NCBI GenBank assembly: GCA_017499595.2
Contig: CM038999.1
Span: 4,154,001-4,218,000 of the forward strand
DNA: 64,000 nt
Direction of reading: 5' to 3'
Origin: Psilocybe cubensis
Lineage: Eukaryota
Shown: positions 38,453 through 51,045 of the stretch, one piece after another
Numbering within the stretch: position 1 is the stretch's first letter
How the letters are laid out: every line of letters begins with the position of its first letter
Position numbers and translations under genes: made by a program
Notes under the pieces: generated by a model
Seen by the model: the letters and a program-made list of their open reading frames with translations, nothing else
Databases searched by the model: none
What the model was told of the DNA's origin: nothing

Positions 38453-39629
38453 TGGGTACAGTGAGAGGGAAACAACAGACGAAGAGCCCACTTTATATCA
38501 CATAGTGGCGTTGAGGTTAACAATAGATTACGAGTGATTCTATCATTCCCGGGGAGCATCAAGTTTTGATGTGGATTATGGGCGCAAAAGACACCAAAAA
38601 TAACCCATTCATTGAGCTCGCACGTTCGTAGAGGGATTTCTTACATCTTATACAGATTTGAAGATGCTCGTCAACATTTTTTTCCTTGTGTTCAAAAACG
38701 ACGTCTACCCTAACTATCTGTGTCATAATATGAGAGTAGGTTGCTACTAATAGAGCGTCACAATGATGATGGATTTTATCTGTAATCATTAAAGGATACC
38801 CCAATAGCGTACAATTGGAGAAGTTAAAGGTGATGTTGTGAGAAAAAATAATATACTTTACTCCCCGCAGTACTTAATTGCGACAAAGAGAACCAAGAAG
38901 ATTAGACATAGCCGTGAGAATCCTTCGAACAAGAAATGGTCCTCGAACCGTGAAGACCGAGGAGCCGGAGTAGTCAGTGCTAGATAACATAAATACACAC
39001 GCACTCCACATTACACACATATTCAAACAGACAAAAGATCGCATCACGCATTAGCGAACTATCATATAGGATACTTATCTCTACTAACAGATACCGACTG
39101 CTTACGCTCCTAGAGCCGCCTGTTCATACCTGCGCTGATAAGTAGCATGGAGATACTGTGACGTTTTTCCCAGGTGCAACTTAATGGCGACGGAATAGGA
39201 AAAAAATGATATGTTTTCAACAATCCAAACAACCATTGGATATTGTATACTCACTTCAGGTTATATTACACAGCCAACGTGCTTATGGATCTGCTAACAG
39301 ATTCCGTAGGAGTGTTATAAAATTGGTTCTCGAGCTTGATTTAGTGGTTGTCTTTTTCCTGAAAAGGCGTGGGAATCTATCCCCTATCCAATGTCTAGCA
39401 CTACAGCAAACCATTCCTCAAATTGCGCCACTCAGTAGCGTACATACCTCGGAACCCAACTTGATTTGATTATCATGATTGTAGATAATTTAGTGATACG
39501 ACAAGAGCCAAATGAGGCTGAGAGACGGTCAATTGAATAGGGGGCGCAATACACACTCACACCATACCTCTGGCTAATTCAATTGCATACAGGATTATCA
39601 AAAAGTCAATGTCAACAAAATTAAGAACC

Positions 39630-41060
39630 TCACTCTTCCTCGCAATCCTCATCATTGAACTTTGTATGCAGTATCAAGCCCATCACATCCGCAACAACAT
39701 GTGGCTCGGTAAAAGCACATAGCTATCTTGCAATTCTCCATCTACTGTACGAGTGCAATCTCGTCGCAGTTGTGGTCGCTCATGCCTAGAGTCATGTACA
39801 TACCCATAGCCTCAGTGATGCTGTTAATCCGTGCGCTGCGCGCTTTGCGCCTGTCAGCCGGTGTGCACCATTGCCGCTTCGCCCCTCTATCACGCCATCA
39901 TGCAACTGTCGAGAACGCGCCTCTTAACGCATCGATCACGCGCAGCGCATCATTGTTGTAACGCAATGCAACAAAGCGCGCTCGCCATCAATGTTGACGC
40001 GGGTAATAAGCTGACTAGGGCAGTAGCAAGCGTCTGCTTCGGAAGCGTCAAATCCTACCTACCGCACACAAGGAGCATTGGGATAAGTTTGGATAGGGTG
40101 GATGTGGGGTGTCATATCAGAAGCGAGTACATAGCACACGCCTCACAAATATCTTCATTGAAATAAAATGTGAAATGCAGATTCATCACTTTAAGCATCG
40201 GACCCAGAGACAGTGCGAACAATCTGTCCAAAGTCGAGCAATAAGTCAGAGGCGCCTCAAATGCCTGACACTTACAATCAACATCATCCAATGCACCACC
40301 TTGTTTAACGTATTCGGCCGCTCCCGGGGAACGACATAACTGGGTCAGTAGCGACGACACGGTATGTAAGTTGTTTGTTGTGTGAGGCCTGTTATCGTGA
40401 TGTTGGACGTTCTGGAATGAGGAGGGGTTTGTGTTTGCAGAGGAGGCTGAAGAATCATGTCCATTTAATTCTGTGTAGATGCCCGAAGGGTATCAGGAGA
40501 GCTGTAGCGAACTCCACCATCGTGAACCACCACCATTATCCAAATGCACCCCATTCTCCCACCCGTTCTTCCCCTGCTCATTCTGGTATTCAAAATGGTT
40601 GGGAGAGAAAACACACCTGAGAACCCTACCACTAACAGAAAGCAGCGCCCAACTACCGGTTTCATGCACCCCCACCCCCACTTGCGGGGAACTCGCAAGA
40701 ACACAGGCACAGTCACTTTAAACAGCGGCGAGAGGAATGAGGAATATATGCGCTGAAAGTGAGGCGAGCAGCCTGCGCAGTGTGGCATTTGTAGAGGAGA
40801 GAAGGCGAGGGACGTCAGCAGCTGAGATTGAGACACCCATTAAACACTATGAACATGGCATGCACAGGGGACACACCTTTTGTGAGATATACAATAGCTA
40901 CACCCCCTCACTGGTATTTACGTATATGCTTTGTGGAAGCCGTACGATGGACATGTTGCTGGTTGCTGCACTGACCAGTTTTTGTTCGTCAACAAGTACG
41001 AGCTTTGTCCGAGTTGGTCCGACTCTCCGAGTCCATACATCAAAGCGGAGTTTGAACTTA
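39630..41060 (-). pseudogene. Decayed importin-beta relic
   Basis: ORF 40112-40360 KCQAFEAPLTYCSTLDRLFALSLGPMLKVMNLHFTFYFNEDICEACAM vs KCQAFETLVIYCSTLGPRFAPFLGPTLEVTLPCLRFYFHEGVREACVM; stops and frameshifts. Confidence 0.85.
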
Positions 41061-41199
41061 GCGTCCCACTCGGCCAGCGGCAACGGCAACGATAAGCAGG
41101 TATTACATTTAAAAATTCACCAATTCCAAAAGATACGGTTACAAATAATTTTACTTATACTTTCTACCAGATTTTCCGTTCCTCGACATATAAGTGAGT

Positions 41200-43023
41200 T
41201 TATGCTTGCTCAATACACGGGTCACTACCATCAGCTGTTGCATTGTCTTTGGTATAGTGGAGAGGCCCTCGGGGTGTAATCAGTATCCCCGGGATACTGA
41301 TTACACCCCGAGACGGGTGAATCTCCGCCCTCATCTTGTCACGGCGATCAAGTGAAGCGAGGAAACTACTTGCATATACTACTCGTATCCACATGTGTCA
41401 GTTTATTCCACCCAGATAAATGTAGGTGCACTGACAATTGCTAAGTATAAACAATGGCCCCGCGAATGCCGGTGTTTGATTCATTGTTATTTTCTAGAGA
41501 TAATCATGTAATATAATTTGACCAAACTTCCAAAGGTATAATGAACTCACAAGAGACAGAGTACCAATGTTCACTATAATCCCCAAGACACCTGTCGTCA
41601 CCGTATAGAATATTAAGGACTTCACAACCGACGTTGTTCTACTTGATAATCAGTGCAGAAAAAAGCCAAATTTGCTAAATTTCGTACCTCCTGATCCCTG
41701 AACGTTTTCTCCAAAGCAGAAAGGACAAAGTTCCAGCAATGACTGAATCAGATATCATGATCGAAATAATGAGGGAATACACGAGGGCCTATTACATCAG
41801 GTATAAGATGCGCAATGACAGATAAGTGGGGTGGGCCATATGATTACATTGATTTCCAAGAATTTAAGCTCAGTTACATGGCGCCTACAAAAATCAGCGC
41901 CCCTCGAGCATGAAATAAGTATAACAATACATACGATACGAAAGCAAAGTCTGGATTTGTTTGATTCATGGAGTATAAGGTAATATCTGACACGGAGAAA
42001 ACAATACATACAATAGCTGCTGACCAACGGACCGATACTGACAAGTGACTGGGAGATGTAACAGGTAAATCGTAAGGACATTTCTCTCAATAGATTTATT
42101 GAATGTCTCTTACAGATATGAAGGTCAGTGTCCAGTTAGATTGGCTTACTGTATTTTTAAGATTTTCCAATTGGGTAATTAGTATATACCCACATATATG
42201 AATAAACATACATCTCCATATTCTGTAGCAGTACAGTCTATTCATTTGTTAGTCTTCTCGCATTATGGGCTATATAGATCCACACCTACCCTCTCACAGT
42301 GATGCCGCTGGTTGCCTATGAATTTCCATTAATAATTTGCGGAACCACGGTAGCCTAATAATATCCAATCTACGTACCCATGAAGTGAGCGTTATCTTTT
42401 CACAGTAGTACTTTCAAGCCACACATGTGAGAATGCACGATTTGACTCACGGTGAGAGTCCTAGAAATACTTCTTGAGACATTCCTTCGAAAATCTGCGT
42501 AATCATTAATCAAAAATACTTACCACGAAAATTTATCGATGATCACGCTTAGAGGATCCGTTATAGACCTCTCCATCGTCTGGAAGAAACCGATCCCGCC
42601 AAACACTGTGTTTGATGTTGCAAAAATCCTACAACATATCTGGTTGGTGTATAGATATCCCAGTGCTTGGTTGATCGTACCATATGAGTAGCACCTACAG
42701 AAAAAATACATTAGACATTGATATAAAAGAATTCAAGCATCGGCTAACACACGGAGGCTCGGATAATAAGGGAGTCTTTGACAGATTTGTTGTTGAAATA
42801 TACAAAGGTCTGGTATGATATGACGCCATATAATCTACAGAAGATGGCCACAAAATGGAAAACGTCAACATCGGAATGCTCAAAAGATGGAACAAACAGT
42901 CACTGACATTGCAGAGATGTAACATCCTGCGTAAAACGCCCTGAATGATTGCTGGACTCTTTGTAGAATTTCTGGGACAATGGGAGCTGGTGAACATAGT
43001 TGGAATGGCTGAGCCGCAGACAT
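41200..43023 (-). CDS. DUF6534-like multi-pass membrane protein, copy 8 (most divergent; multi-exon)
   Basis: MSAAQPFQLCSPAPIVPEILQRVQQSFRAFYAGCYISA; LYGVISYQTFVYF; IFATSNTVFGGIGFF; YASSFLASLDRRDKMR; 3' end approximate. Confidence 0.7.
41268..41312. repeat. Perfect palindrome (22-bp arms, 1-nt spacer) inside a coding exon
   Basis: ctcggggtgtaatcagtatccc-c-gggatactgattacaccccgag. Confidence 0.95.
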
Positions 43024-43679
43024 CGTCAAATCGATAAACGAAGCAGGGATACTGTAAAAAGACTAATTTGTTCATGAACATGCTCCTTATATCATATATT
43101 CTCAGTATACATCTTCAAATCAAATGATGAATCAAGGTTACCTTTCTTATTAGAGGCACAGCGAATACAAATATTGCCAACAAACCTCACGACATGACAA
43201 GGCGCATCTGACCTTCAAGGATGCATAAATATCCCAGACTATATATCCTCAGAGAATCTTGCAAGTCTAGGCTGTTAAAGATGGGATAGGAACTCCCATC
43301 ATAAACTATTGGAAGTCTGGCTTGTTGCATTCGGTAGAATGCGAACTTTTAGAACATGTTGGTCAGGCACGATGCCAGAATGACAATGCATCAACCCTGG
43401 TACAGGAATATTTGAACTGCACTGTTGATCAGACTCGACCAAAGGATGGCCAAAACATATGATGTATACCACAATCATGATATCATGAAGCATTCTGCTC
43501 TAGTGATGATGGTCCGTGATGACCGCAGCTGACAATGCAATAATGACCTGGATTATGGGTTCCTGACGGTAGTGGGGTACTGGGATCCAGTGTACCATCA
43601 TTTTTGCCTTGAAGAGATAGGAATATTCAATGTATAACACAATGGCAGCCGTTCTCAATTTCCCTGTTGCAGAATCATG

Positions 43680-44900
43680 GGGCCTGGGGCTGGCGGTCCG
43701 TGACGCGTGTCGTGCGCGTGTTGCGTCTGACGTGCATTGCGTGTAGTTGCCCCTTTGTCGCCTCCATCCCGCCCACATGAAACGCCTCCATGAGAATGCC
43801 TCGAGCACACTGAACATTCTCATGGCTCCGGCAAAGTATTTTCACTGAGGTGAGGAAGTTTGCATCGTGTTTGGTGTTGAGGCAGGTAATAAGTTGATGG
43901 AAGACAGCGGATACCATGTGATTTGCAAGGAACCTGCTCTTTTATTACACTCAAAGAGCATCGGAACAAGGATACACACACACTGTAAAGGAAAGAGTGA
44001 GATCCAGTTGAAACGAACAGACGCAAAGGACAAAAAGTCACATTACACACGCGTCCCAACACCAAGTAAATAATCCTCAAACATAAAAGTGTTCCTTCAA
44101 CGAGCGTCCATTGCAGTGTGCGCACTGTTTTTCATATAAGTGTCATCGCTTCTTACCCTGTCTTCCATTTCCCTGCTATCAACAACCCGCATTATAATTA
44201 TCCACGACGACAATAACACTCCGCTACCATCCGTCTGCTCCATCTCTCCCTTCAACTCCAGACACGCACGCACAGCACCCTCTGACCATAGAACTACTTG
44301 CCTTACACTGTGCGAGGGCGATTCGGGAAGCGAGGCTCATGAATTGAAAAGCAGTTAGACGGGGAGTTGAGAGCTTGTCATCTAAGGTGTTATCGACCGT
44401 CCTTTCCTTCGTTTTTGTGGGAGTAGTAGAATAATGATGTGGGTTAAAAGATGATAAAGAAAGGAATTTGGTATGTAAGTGACAAGCCATGCAATCCTGC
44501 TCCATGCCAATCATCCTTGTCGAGATGTATGCCCCCACCTGCCCCCACGTTGCAGAAGCGGGAGTACGAACTCACCCTACCTCCCATTCCGTTTCGTCTT
44601 CTCCATGACCCCCGCCACCATCGCCATCAGTAATTGACTTCCTAAGCGTCGTAATCGGCCACAAGAAACTGGGGGACAGATCAAACTTTGTAGGAACGCC
44701 AACAGCGTCTGAAAATGCAGGATTATAGGGTGTATGTTTGCAAGCGGGACGCACAACATTTATAGGAATTTGGAAAGATAGAGAATGGCCGTAGGAGGCT
44801 TTGGGTACAGAGGGTGTGTATACGGGCGGATGCAGAGCAGGTGAGCGGGAGGACGGTGGAACGTGTAGGGATATTTGATTGGGACACCCCAACGTCGTGA
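43680..44900 (-). pseudogene. Decayed importin-beta relic
   Basis: MVSAVFHQLITCLNTKHDANFLTS vs MVATVFHQLITCINTEHDATFLAS; MEATKGQLHAM vs MEATKRQLHSM; DDKLSTPRLTAFQFM vs HDERSTLRLSALEFM. Confidence 0.85.
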
Positions 44901-44959
44901 AGTTCCCACGAATAACAGGTGCGGCATATCTATTTTGAATTCCCATCAATGCTCGATAC

Positions 44960-45431
44960 AGGCCCCGGGAAGCTCCCCTACAGGCGTATCCCTGCCGGAC
45001 CCAAAAAATTTGTCTGAAATCCGCGAGATTTTGGGTCTCCAATCCGCGAAACCGGACAGTCATATTGCCAAGACCTTCCCATTTAGGTAATTTTTCTCAC
45101 CCTCGGACGGAGTCAAAGGAGCAAAAAAAGGCGCAAAAAATTCGAAAGCTTTTTTGCAAGCAGTCTTTTTCACAGTTCTTCTGTTTTTGGCAGTCAGAAT
45201 GCGTTTATGTCCTCACAAGGAAACTAATTTTGTCCATATTTGGCAGCGCGCCCTATTTGCCGGCCAGACCGGCCGCCCATGCAGATTCTTCTCCTCAAAT
45301 CCGCAGTGCCCCGGTCAAAGGTAGGCCTCCAGACCTCTCAAATCCGCGAAAAACGAACAGTAAAATGCTATTTTTTCGGGTCTCAAATCCGCGAAAAGTC
45401 GATACGCCCCTAGGGGAGCTTCCCGGGGCCT
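44960..45431. mobile_element. MITE copy B (inverted relative to copy A)
   Basis: Same TIRs and near-identical interior; flanks CTCGATAC / CTCAATAC (8-bp TSD with one mismatch). Confidence 0.95.
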
Positions 45432-45995
45432 CTCAATACACTCTTAATCTTATACCTCTCTAACGTATTCAACCATCCATCATTATATAGCTCACCCCGT
45501 GCATGCATCCCAGACATTAAGATGTCATCTAGAGAATTGAGTATTGGACCCTAAAACGACGCAAATGGCGTGCCCAGTGTTACGTCAACGTATCACAAAT
45601 CGTCGGCTTCGAGTGGGTGGTGAACTTTGGCAGCCGCTATAAGTTTAGATTCAGACGGGCTGGGAGTGCATCGCTTCAAATCCCCCGTAGAAGTTGCACA
45701 GATTTGTACTCGGGTCTCGGGGCAGGCACATTTTCCTTCATAGCACAATCTCGTTCAGCATCATAACCACGACTTCCACCAACCCATCGATCCCCAACAC
45801 AAGCTACAGCAGAAAGCTTTTAAAGCTGAAACCATACAGTTATTTATAATTTATATGCCAGGTAAAACAAAAAAAACCGGTTTTTTGAATAAAAATATGG
45901 ATCATAAATCGTTGTTTTACAAATGCACCCAGATCCTGTAGCAAGTCTATGGTTCTACCCATCGTTTTTATTCATCTGTTCTGATCGGCAGGCTT

Positions 45996-47955
45996 TCATA
46001 TATAATCGTCATTGTCAACTTCAGTGACCACCTAGGCGCTTAATTCCCGCTGAAAGGCGAATTAGATTCTCAGTACAACGTCGTAGTGTTGGCTTACATA
46101 TTGACAATGTTGCGACCCGCTGCCTTCAACATCCAGTGATATATCCACGACTCCAGGAATGTAGTGTGTTTGTCCGACAGAAGACCGTGCACCATTGTCT
46201 TTATCCATAAGAACAAAGGAAGGTGTGCCTTGAGAGACATTTTGCCTGGAGACTTGTAAAGCAAAGCTGATCCCCCCGCCAGACTCGTCTAATTTAGCTC
46301 GTATGCTATCGCGACGAATCAGTGAGGCGAGAAGGCCGATGGAGTATGCTTTCGGCGGTAGGTAAGGATATGTGCACAATACTGGATGAGATTTTTGTCG
46401 CTCAGTGAGATGGAAGGTACAAACTGTTACTAATTATGAAGTATGGACCCGCAAAGGCTGTTGTATCTGTAATGAATATCTTCTGAGGATGAAAATGGGA
46501 TCCGTTAGATCTTGTCGAGCATTATGTAGAACGCTTACGAGTATAAGAGTAGCGGTGGCTACCATACTTGTGAAAAGACCTGTTGTCACAGTATTATAGA
46601 TGACTGTTCTGAGGGGAGAGAATTTTCTACAAAGGGGTCAATTAAAATATAAATAATCAGGGTAGTGGACACACCGTGGAAATGGACTCCGCATTCTCCA
46701 AAGCAGTATACACAGAGTGGCCGCAATTACTGAGTCTGCTAAGAGAACTAAAATCATTAGGGCAGAAATTAGGCCCTGGAACCACAGTGAGAAACCAGAC
46801 GCATTACAGTGTGCCATAAACCACCTTACATTCATATTCAGGTCTCTGATAACACTTGATTTGAAGCTGCAAAAGACATATGACATCATAATTCCACTAA
46901 TATATTATCGAAGTAGAAAAACGCCTACAGTGCCGTAACCAGGTCTAAACGTATTATATGGTGAGCTTCTATCAACATGAAGAAGCGGTCACTATATTTT
47001 ACATACAGAGATTCATAATGAAGGCGGCCATATTCGGGAGGCTCTTACAGATGGATTGCCATTACACTGTGAATCCACAGTAGTATCAAAAGCCTGTTCA
47101 CATACCACAATACAGACCAATAGACGATTTTTGTCACTGACTATAAACATTTAAATAGTCAATACTGCCACTCCTATAACGGGGAAGTGCATATGTGACG
47201 TACGCCTCCAGACCCAATAAATATAGAGCCTGGAGATTCGTTAGGGGAAATATTACTAGAAAAAGTCATAAAACTGACCCTCTGACAATGGGGTCACTAA
47301 ACGACTGGACAGTTTTATCAGTAATAATTCACAAATCCAGACAGCTAACTCATACCGATGTATACAAGGCGACCTACGTTAGAGTTGGTAAAATAGAGAA
47401 ATTTAAGGTAGTACAAAAAAGGACAATGTGAGGAGCGTACACCATATTTCCTTTGAGAAAATTGTTGACAATAACTGTGCAATAGCTGAGAAATACTCAC
47501 CATGAAACATTAGTCTCCAATAGACTCTGGGAACCCTCCACTATAGCTTGCTGAATTGTAGTATAATAACCAACGCCTTCAAATATGACGGTGAATGTGT
47601 TCAGAAGCCTGTTATTCAACGGTTAAATGTATAGCTGTGTAAACAGTCAATATATACCAAATAATCAAAATCTAAACGAGATAAGTTGCAGTGGAATCAC
47701 TGAAGATATGAAATAAACGAAGGGATATATACCAGAATCCGAATGGGTCTAGGATCCTTGGCGCCTTGCTGAAAGTACACTAATGTTTGGTGAGCCATTA
47801 CACCATATAGTCTGCATCATTGACTGTCCTTTAGTTCTCCGTATAAAGACCTAATTAATAGTTACTGACAATACTGATAGATAAAATCCTGCAAACAGGC
47901 CATTAGATGATTGATTGAGCCTTGTGGCAATGTTGGGGTCTGCGAATTCTGCCAT
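45996..47955 (-). CDS. DUF6534-like multi-pass membrane protein, copy 9 (multi-exon)
   Basis: MAEFADPNIATRLNQSSNGLFAGFYLSV; LYGVMAHQTLVYFQQGAKDPRPIRILV; LADSVIAATLCILLWRMRSPFPR; YSIGLLASLIRRDSIR. Confidence 0.8.
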
Positions 47956-48421
47956 TGGTAATAGTGGGAGCGAAAGGACATATCACGCACCTCTTTATAA
48001 CATAAGGAGGTAGACTTAACAACAGATGACTAGTGGTTCTATCATTTACTAGATGCACATTCGACACGATTACCTGTGCTGTATTTCAGTGAATGGTCGA
48101 ATCACCACAACCTCCATTGAAAAGAGAAGCCAGCAGCATTAAAATCAATCAAGCGCAGCCCATAACCTTCACGCCCAACATTCTATAAAGTAACTTTGGA
48201 AACAATCACAATAATTGATCTGGAAAGATCTGGAATGTGAATCAGACTTAGCAGAACGACCAGAATATCATGTATCTCGCGAGCCTGGACAGATTCCATC
48301 GTGGAATTTTTATGGATTCTAGAGGTGTTATAGACTGTAACTCTGAACATGTTCTTTATTTCTACGCCCTTCACACAGTCTACTAGAGAGCCCTTCCTAG
48401 CGGAGTGTCATGTGTCGTCTC

Positions 48422-50631
48422 GGGCATACAGAAATCAGCGTGGCTGCTCGCGTGCGTGCGTTTTTGCGTGTGCCTGCGTGACACGCATTTTTGCGCAACA
48501 ACTGTGTTCTGCACGCATATTGATGTGTTCTGCACGCAATGTCACAGATGTGTCACACGTAGGATTGCAATGCAACAGTGGTTGTTAGCGTTCATTTACA
48601 ACTGTTTGGTGTGTAATAACGTATTGATAGTATGCCCTTGTATTACATTAATTCCATGTTCAGCCTGGTACCACTGTGACAGGTATCAACCAGGTAGGAT
48701 GTAGAGATTATTACATGGTTATACTGTATTTGAATTAATCAACATATATTCCTTTAAAAGTCTACAATACATGGTATGTGTAGATCTTTGAGGCTTGGAA
48801 CCAGTAGAACTTCAATGAAATATTTTGTTGTTACAGGGACCATACAAACAATGAACTCGAGGGATGGTTTGGTATGCCGTGTCCTTCGGCATGTGCCTCG
48901 CAACAATCTCCGACTCCGCAACCAAGAGTCGGCAATAAAATCGGCAATGGTTTATGATCGGTAATATCCGATCAAATTGTGAACTTTAAGAAAAATGTCA
49001 ATTTTGTCTTTTTGACATGCAACTTGTGTTGTTGAACGACCACCAGCGTGACACCACAGCACGCTAGGTGCACTCAATCGCACGCATTTGCCACGCAAGC
49101 AGCACGCGACCCACTTTCCCACGTTAACGCGATGGCACGCGACGGCACGCAATAGCACGCAACCCAATTAAGTGCGTGCAATTGACACGCATACAGTTGT
49201 AATCTGCACGCGATGGCCCCGCAAGCAAATTATTCTTGCACGCTAGTATGAAATAATGCGTTTTGGAGTATTTTACTGCAAAAATATGTCTGGATGTACC
49301 ATTAGATATATTGAACTTTGACCTTGGCATTGAAGTTGAGTGTTTTAAAGATCTCAAATAAATTAAAAATTTGAAACTCAATGTCAATGAACTCGTTAAA
49401 GAGTATATTGTGATATGTAGTTATTTTTCTGTTTTGGATTCATGTTCCTTCTTTGTGGGGTGATAGATACGGACGTCGTTAGATCAAGATTAGTTCAATT
49501 ATGTGGCTGAAACAGTCCTACACATACTCACATAGTTGTAGCTCGGAAAATGGGAACAAGCATAGCAGATCCCCACAGAAAATGATATACTATCAGATGC
49601 ATCAACAACTCCTAATTCATGTGAAGTAGACAAGGCTCTCACATAAGAAGATACTGTACAACCTTCTATGTGACCCAGAAAAAGTTGATTCAAAGCTTTT
49701 TCCTGCAAAAGGTTGGCTGGAAACTTGAAAGCAAGAATAAGGATATCTTCAAAACTATCACACCATACACCGGTCCACTCACAGTCATTGAAAGAGCAAA
49801 AATATCCAATTGGTTTGAACCTAAGATCACGAGGACCAAAAGGTTAGACGATACTGGGTTTCTCTTCTGTCTTTAGCCCATACACACACGGTCTACATAA
49901 CATCTCTCATTTGGAAAAGTCAGCAGAAGGTCGACAACTCGCTTCTTGATTGTGCTTGGGACGTACAATGCAGTCCAAATCCACTTAAAATGTTTGAACG
50001 GACCGACATTGATCTGGAATGTCTCTCTTTCCTGGAAGAGGAGATGTTTGAAAATTCTTTGCGTGCCGGAATTTCTGGAAACTATCAATGGGGATTAGAT
50101 GTTGGAAACCACAAAGATGACTGGAAGCCTTATTTATGCAGAGATTGGTTCATTGGATACCGAGAGGTCAATGAAGATGAGATACTGGTATGTGTTCCTT
50201 ACAATCTTTTGATAGTATGATCATGTTTTTATATCTTTGTATGAAGCCGGGTTCAAAGTACATTGATCAACCCAAAATGAAGGTAGAAGCACAGCCCAAG
50301 AGACCTCATTCTACGCCTCAGCTTATTCCAAAGAAAAGGAAATGGGATGATCATTAATTATTTAGTACAACTGGATCCGTAGCATACTACATTTCTTGCA
50401 GAAAATAGCCTAATATACACTGCTCTTCATGTGAATTTTATACAGAATTTTGCACGCAAATAGCACGCTACCTCAACAAAGCTGCACGCATTTACATATC
50501 ATGCACACGCAACATGTAGCATTTTGCACGCAAAGTTGTGTGAAAGACACGCAAATTTGCTGATTCGCATTTATGCGTGGCACGCAGAAATAGGTCGCAC
50601 GCGGGCTAACCACGCTGATTTCCTGGTGCCC
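48422..50631. mobile_element. Non-autonomous Mutator(MULE)-like element, 2210 bp, 9-bp TSD
   Basis: Imperfect 22-bp TIRs gggcatacagaaatcagcgtgg / ccacgctgatttcctggtgccc; exact TGTCGTCTC at 48413-48421 and 50632-50640; dense CACGC subterminal repeats. Confidence 0.88.
49500..50357 (+). pseudogene. Frameshifted gene fragment carried inside the MULE-like element
   Basis: Broken ORFs 49670-49876 and 49990-50220 (DIDLECLSFLEEEMFE...YQWGLDVGNHKDDWKPY) with intron-like gaps; no DDE transposase motif seen. Confidence 0.5.
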
Positions 50632-51045
50632 TGTCGTCTCCCGCTATGGCGCTAGTACATTCGTGGGAACCTAAATAACGATGGCAAGCAATGAAAGCAG
50701 AGCAAGGACAAAGGCATTCAAAGGGCTTGACTTCGGCTTCAATTAGAACCCGCTCGAGGAATACGCTGGATCACAGTGATTGTATGAACTTAACGTAACT
50801 TACGATAATGGCTAAACTTCATATTTTCATAGGTATTATCACAGAGGATGATGTATTCATGTGCTCCAGTTGACCAGTCTGGCCTCAACAGCCAGTAAAG
50901 TAAGTAAATGACATGGAGCTCCTTCTTGTTGGTCTCTACTAACTCCCTATATAGGGCTTATCCTCCCCGAGTACTGCACAAGTAAGTGAAAGCGGCGTTG
51001 CAAAGTTTCAGTGTTATATCTTTGCCATGACAGGTTCCGCTATCA

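Noticed and set aside
45065-45463. 132-aa ORF and its counterpart at 22423-22770
   Set aside because: Lie within the MITE; no transposase motifs; frames differ between the two copies
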